A stretch of 64,000 nt of DNA, taken from Thermoanaerobaculia bacterium. Its GTDB lineage: Bacteria > Acidobacteriota > Thermoanaerobaculia > Multivoradales > UBA5704. A model generated the notes under the pieces. The model made no database searches, had not been told where the DNA came from, and was given only the letters and a program-made list of their open reading frames with translations. The stretch covers positions 192,001 to 256,000 of the forward strand of contig JBGAGQ010000001.1 in NCBI GenBank assembly GCA_044226625.1, read 5' to 3'. The translations under genes and the position numbers were made by a program. Shown here in pieces: positions 60,062-64,000 of the stretch (position 1 is the first letter of the stretch; each line of letters opens with the position of its first letter).

Positions 60062-63000
60062 ATGACAGCCAGAAAGAAGATGAACCATCGCCTCAGGGTC
60101 GCCTCGGCCTTCGTCGGGTCGCTCGCCGCACTGTCGATCCCAGCGATCGCCCAGGTCCATCCCACGATGCAACGCGGTTTTGCGGCGGAGAAGGCGTTCC
60201 AGATTGGCGACATCGATCACGTCAACCTGTTCAACGGCAACCTCGTCCTGACGATCCCGATCGGCTCCGAGTACACGACGGGCGGTGGGTTCTCTTACCG
60301 CCTCGCGCTCACCTACAACTCGAACATCTGGGATTTTCAAGCCGACGATTTCGACACGGTGACGCAGGCTTGGCCGATCCGCACCTCGAACGCCGGCCAG
60401 GGCTGGCGTCTGTCCCTCGGCGAAGTGCTCAAGGCTGGACAGTTCGTCGAGGCGAACGAGACGCCGGGCCACATTTCCTACGTGGCACCCGATGGATCGC
60501 AGCATGCGTTCTATCCGACGCTCCACGACGGGGAGACGGCACTTGGCGGCCGGCAATACACACGGGACGGCACGTACATTCGGCTGCGCGGCCTCTACGC
60601 CAACGGAACCCAGATCGAGCTCGACTTCCCGAACGGTCAGACGCACGTGTTCGAAGACGACGGCCTCGATACCTATCGTCTGATCCAGATCCGGGACCCG
60701 TTCGGAAATTACCTCAACATCACCTATCCGAGCGTGAGCCATTGGGTCTTGAACGACAACTTCGGCCGGACCCACGACGTCTACTTCACTTCGTCCGTCC
60801 ACTATTCAAAGAAGCTCGACCGCGTGGTCCTCTCGTTGCCCAACGGCACGACGGGGACGTGGAACTTCTCCTATCAAAACACCTTCGTCTCGCGCGGCTG
60901 CCCGGATACCGACCCGCAGACGGCTGACCTGCAGGTGCCGTTGCTGACCCGGGTGCGCCAACCGGACGGCACGTTCTGGGACCTGCCCGTTGCCACGAGC
61001 TACTACGTTGAAACCGGCCAGGCCTGCTCAAACCTCGCCGGTCGGATCAAAGGGATCACTCTGCCGACCCGCGGTCGAATCGACTGGACCTATCGCTCCT
61101 ACATCCAGACCGCCGCGGCCCCTTGCGATGCGAAGGTTCGCTCGTGGCTGCGCGGCACGACGGGCGTGGGCACACGGACCGTCTCCTCAGGACAGGTGTC
61201 GGGAACGTGGACCTATGGCTCGAAGGTAGTCTTCCAGGATCCTCCAGCGCCAAACTGCAACCCGCCGCGTACGCAGATCACCCGGGTGACAACGCCACTC
61301 GGTCACATCGAACGAAACTACTTTTCGATCTTCCGCAGCGGTACGGTGAACCTCGAAGGGTGGAAAGAGAACGAGTTCGGCCTGCCGGTCAGCCGGGCGA
61401 CGAACGACGGCACGGGCCGTTTCCTCTCGCGCGAGGTGTTCGAAGGTTGCGATCCCGACCTCGTCGCCGACCCGGCGCAGTGTCCGCCGGTGCGTTCCTT
61501 CTTCGTCCGCTACGAACAGGACCGCTCGGAAGGGGACGATGGCGAGGGCTCCCTATTCAATTTGAACTCTCGGGTCGCGAGCCAACGGACACGCTACGAC
61601 GATGATGGAGCGAAGGTGGCTGACGTCGACTTCTCGGCGTTCGACGGCTTCGGTCACTACCGGGTGGAACAGACCGGAGGCACCTTTCCGGGCGAGAACC
61701 GGCGCCGGACTTTCATGAACTACAACCCCGAGTCCGGAACCTACAACGACGGGGGTGGCGGCACCTTCTCGATGCGGGGTCCGAACGATCCATGGGTGCT
61801 CGAAACGTACACCGAGAAGACGATGGGCGAAGGGGGCGGCTCGAGCCAATCGAAGGAGCAGTACTGCTTCGAAAGGGACGGAGCGACCGGCCTGCCGCGC
61901 AGCGGATTCCTCGAGCGCAGGCGAGTCTACGTCGACGAATTCGGCGCGACGCCTTCCAACCAAGACTTGGTAACGGTCTATCAGCGAGACGGCTCGGGAA
62001 ATCTGATTCGCGAGGACGCCTATGGCGGCAGCAAGGTTCCGCTCGCCACGACGGCGAGCCTCTGCACGGCCAACTACACGAATCCGCAGTACGGAACGAT
62101 CTACCAACCGGTCGATCCGAACGGCGCCGGCCGCACGTCCCAGCCCACCGACCTGCTCTATCGTTGGCGTCGCTGGTCGTCGCCCACGACGGCCTCGGGC
62201 ACGGCGTTCTCGTTCCTTGCGAGCGACGAGTCGGTCGACCCCAACACCGGCCTGACCATATCCAGCCGGGACACGGCAGGGCTTGAGACCACCTACGGCT
62301 ACGATTCGATCGGGCGGCTCACCACGATGCAGCCGGCGCAGGAGGCGCGCACCGACTACGTCTACACCCTGCCCACGGACGTCAATCCGAACGTAACACC
62401 GCAGGTTCAGGTCCTACGCAAGAACGGCGCGGTGACGCTCGCCGAGAGCCGGTATCTTTACGACGGCCTCGGCCGGCTCTGGCGCGAACAGAAGCGAATC
62501 CCGAATCAAGGCTTGCAAATCCGCGAAACGCTCTACGACGGCATGGGCCATGCGATCTCGGTCTCGGAGCTCGGTTCCACCACGAAGAAGACGGAGAGCC
62601 TCGACTTCGATCCGTTCGGACGTTTCCGGCGGCTCCGCCTGCCTGACGGTCACGAATCGCAGATCCTCTACGGCGGCGACCGTTCGGTCACTCGGAAGAC
62701 TGACATCGGCACCACTTGGAACGGCACGAACGTGACCGAACAGACGGCGACGGTCGACGAGCTGCACGACCGATTCGGACGGCTCCATACGGTCAAAGAG
62801 ACTTCCGGGCCGGGAGGCGCGGACGTTGTCACCAGCTATACCTACGACTCGGCAGGGCGCCTGAACCGCGTCTCGACGCCGAGCGCGGGTGTGACTCAGG
62901 TTCGGACCTTCAATTACGACAACCGCGGCTTTCTGCTCTCCGAGACCCATCCGGAAAAGGCGGGAGCGGTGACCTACTCGGGCTACGACGCGCGAGGTCA

Positions 63001-64000
63001 CGTGGGGCAAAAGATCGATCTGCCGAACACCCTCAACTACACTTACGATCGCGCGGAGCGCCTGACGGAGGTGCGGGAAGCGGGCCAGGGGAATCGCCTT
63101 CTCAAGAGCATGACGTACGCCTCGTCGAACGCCGGCTGCGGCTGGTGCAACGGAAAGCTCAGCCAGGCGAGCCGCTGGAACTACGTGACGATCAGCGGCA
63201 ACGCGTTTACCGTGGAAATCCGCGACCTGCTGCAGTACAACGGGATCGAAGGTCGGGCTTCCAACCGTACGACGCAGAACTACGTGAACTTCGGACCTGC
63301 GGCGAACGAGGCCTTCACGTTCACGCAGACCTACACTCCCCTCGGGCTCCCGCTCAAGGTGAACTATCCGCAGTGCCAGCACTCGGCCTGCACCAACCAG
63401 TCCCCGCGAACTGCCGATTTCTCCTACACGGACGGGTTCTTGACCTCGGTCGCCGGAACGTTCGGGACGGGACCGAACCAGGTTTCGACCACCTACGCGA
63501 GCTCGATCACGTACCACGTCAACGCGATGGTAAACCAGGTCGTCCACCAGAACGCTCCAACGATCACGGTCACCGATACGACCGCGCTCGACCCGAACGG
63601 CATGGTCCGGCCCGCCTCGATCACGGCGGTCCGGGGCACCACCTCGCTCTGGAACACGGGCGCCTACAGCTACGACGGCGCGGGCAACATCAAACGGATC
63701 GGGCCGTCCTATTTCACCTACGACAAGGTGAGCCGGTTGACCGCGAGCTCCACCAACGTCAACCAGGGGATCGCCTCCCCGTTGATGAAAGACCAGAGCT
63801 ACACGTTCGATGCCTTCGGCAACATCCTCCTGATCACGACGAACAGTCAGCCGATCAGCATTCCCACCCAGAGCGCGACGAACCGGCTCGAAACCCCGTC
63901 CGTTTACGACGCCGCGGGAGATCTGACGAACTGGCAGGGAAACACCTACGAATACGACGGCCTGAACATGATCCGTCGCTACCGGACCGCGGCGGGTCTC
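60062..64000 (+). CDS. RHS/YD-repeat protein (partial, runs off right edge)
   Basis: Manual translation: signal peptide, HVNLFNGNLVLTIPI, then YDSIGRL, YDGLGRL, YDSAGRL, YDNRG, YDRAERL, YDGAGNI repeats; start and window end are in the same frame. Confidence 0.9.
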   Translation, partial: MTARKKMNHRLRVASAFVGSLAALSIPAIAQVHPTMQRGFAAEKAFQIGDIDHVNLFNGNLVLTIPIGSEYTTGGGFSYRLALTYNSNIWDFQADDFDTVTQAWPIRTSNAGQGWRLSLGEVLKAGQFVEANETPGHISYVAPDGSQHAFYPTLHDGETALGGRQYTRDGTYIRLRGLYANGTQIELDFPNGQTHVFEDDGLDTYRLIQIRDPFGNYLNITYPSVSHWVLNDNFGRTHDVYFTSSVHYSKKLDRVVLSLPNGTTGTWNFSYQNTFVSRGCPDTDPQTADLQVPLLTRVRQPDGTFWDLPVATSYYVETGQACSNLAGRIKGITLPTRGRIDWTYRSYIQTAAAPCDAKVRSWLRGTTGVGTRTVSSGQVSGTWTYGSKVVFQDPPAPNCNPPRTQITRVTTPLGHIERNYFSIFRSGTVNLEGWKENEFGLPVSRATNDGTGRFLSREVFEGCDPDLVADPAQCPPVRSFFVRYEQDRSEGDDGEGSLFNLNSRVASQRTRYDDDGAKVADVDFSAFDGFGHYRVEQTGGTFPGENRRRTFMNYNPESGTYNDGGGGTFSMRGPNDPWVLETYTEKTMGEGGGSSQSKEQYCFERDGATGLPRSGFLERRRVYVDEFGATPSNQDLVTVYQRDGSGNLIREDAYGGSKVPLATTASLCTANYTNPQYGTIYQPVDPNGAGRTSQPTDLLYRWRRWSSPTTASGTAFSFLASDESVDPNTGLTISSRDTAGLETTYGYDSIGRLTTMQPAQEARTDYVYTLPTDVNPNVTPQVQVLRKNGAVTLAESRYLYDGLGRLWREQKRIPNQGLQIRETLYDGMGHAISVSELGSTTKKTESLDFDPFGRFRRLRLPDGHESQILYGGDRSVTRKTDIGTTWNGTNVTEQTATVDELHDRFGRLHTVKETSGPGGADVVTSYTYDSAGRLNRVSTPSAGVTQVRTFNYDNRGFLLSETHPEKAGAVTYSGYDARGHVGQKIDLPNTLNYTYDRAERLTEVREAGQGNRLLKSMTYASSNAGCGWCNGKLSQASRWNYVTISGNAFTVEIRDLLQYNGIEGRASNRTTQNYVNFGPAANEAFTFTQTYTPLGLPLKVNYPQCQHSACTNQSPRTADFSYTDGFLTSVAGTFGTGPNQVSTTYASSITYHVNAMVNQVVHQNAPTITVTDTTALDPNGMVRPASITAVRGTTSLWNTGAYSYDGAGNIKRIGPSYFTYDKVSRLTASSTNVNQGIASPLMKDQSYTFDAFGNILLITTNSQPISIPTQSATNRLETPSVYDAAGDLTNWQGNTYEYDGLNMIRRYRTAAGL

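Overview
GC-rich bacterial window. An Acidobacteriota (Thermoanaerobaculia-like) origin is inferred from gene content only. Housekeeping and metabolic genes include a partial flavin-dependent halogenase-like gene, a fused 2-oxoacid dehydrogenase E1, glgB/malQ, pdxJ, a sigma54 response regulator, tRNA-Thr(CGT) and several secreted hydrolases/peptidases. Accessory modules: (i) a 1.7-14 kb cluster of four P-loop NTPase genes resembling defence loci (AAA_21+DUF4276, AAA_14-DUF4143, Septu-like ATPase+HNH, membrane-anchored NACHT); (ii) two tandem lipoprotein-type PDZ-TPR-CHAT caspase-like proteases followed by an ECF sigma/zinc-finger anti-sigma pair; (iii) a lower-GC unknown-protein + trypsin-like protease pair, next to a small Cys-rich secreted peptide gene bracketed by two 21-bp tandem arrays, with a third related array at 14.3-14.6 kb; (iv) an orphan Cys/Thr-rich RiPP precursor; (v) an RHS/YD protein running off the right edge. 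All calls come from motif reading by eye; no database searches were run.
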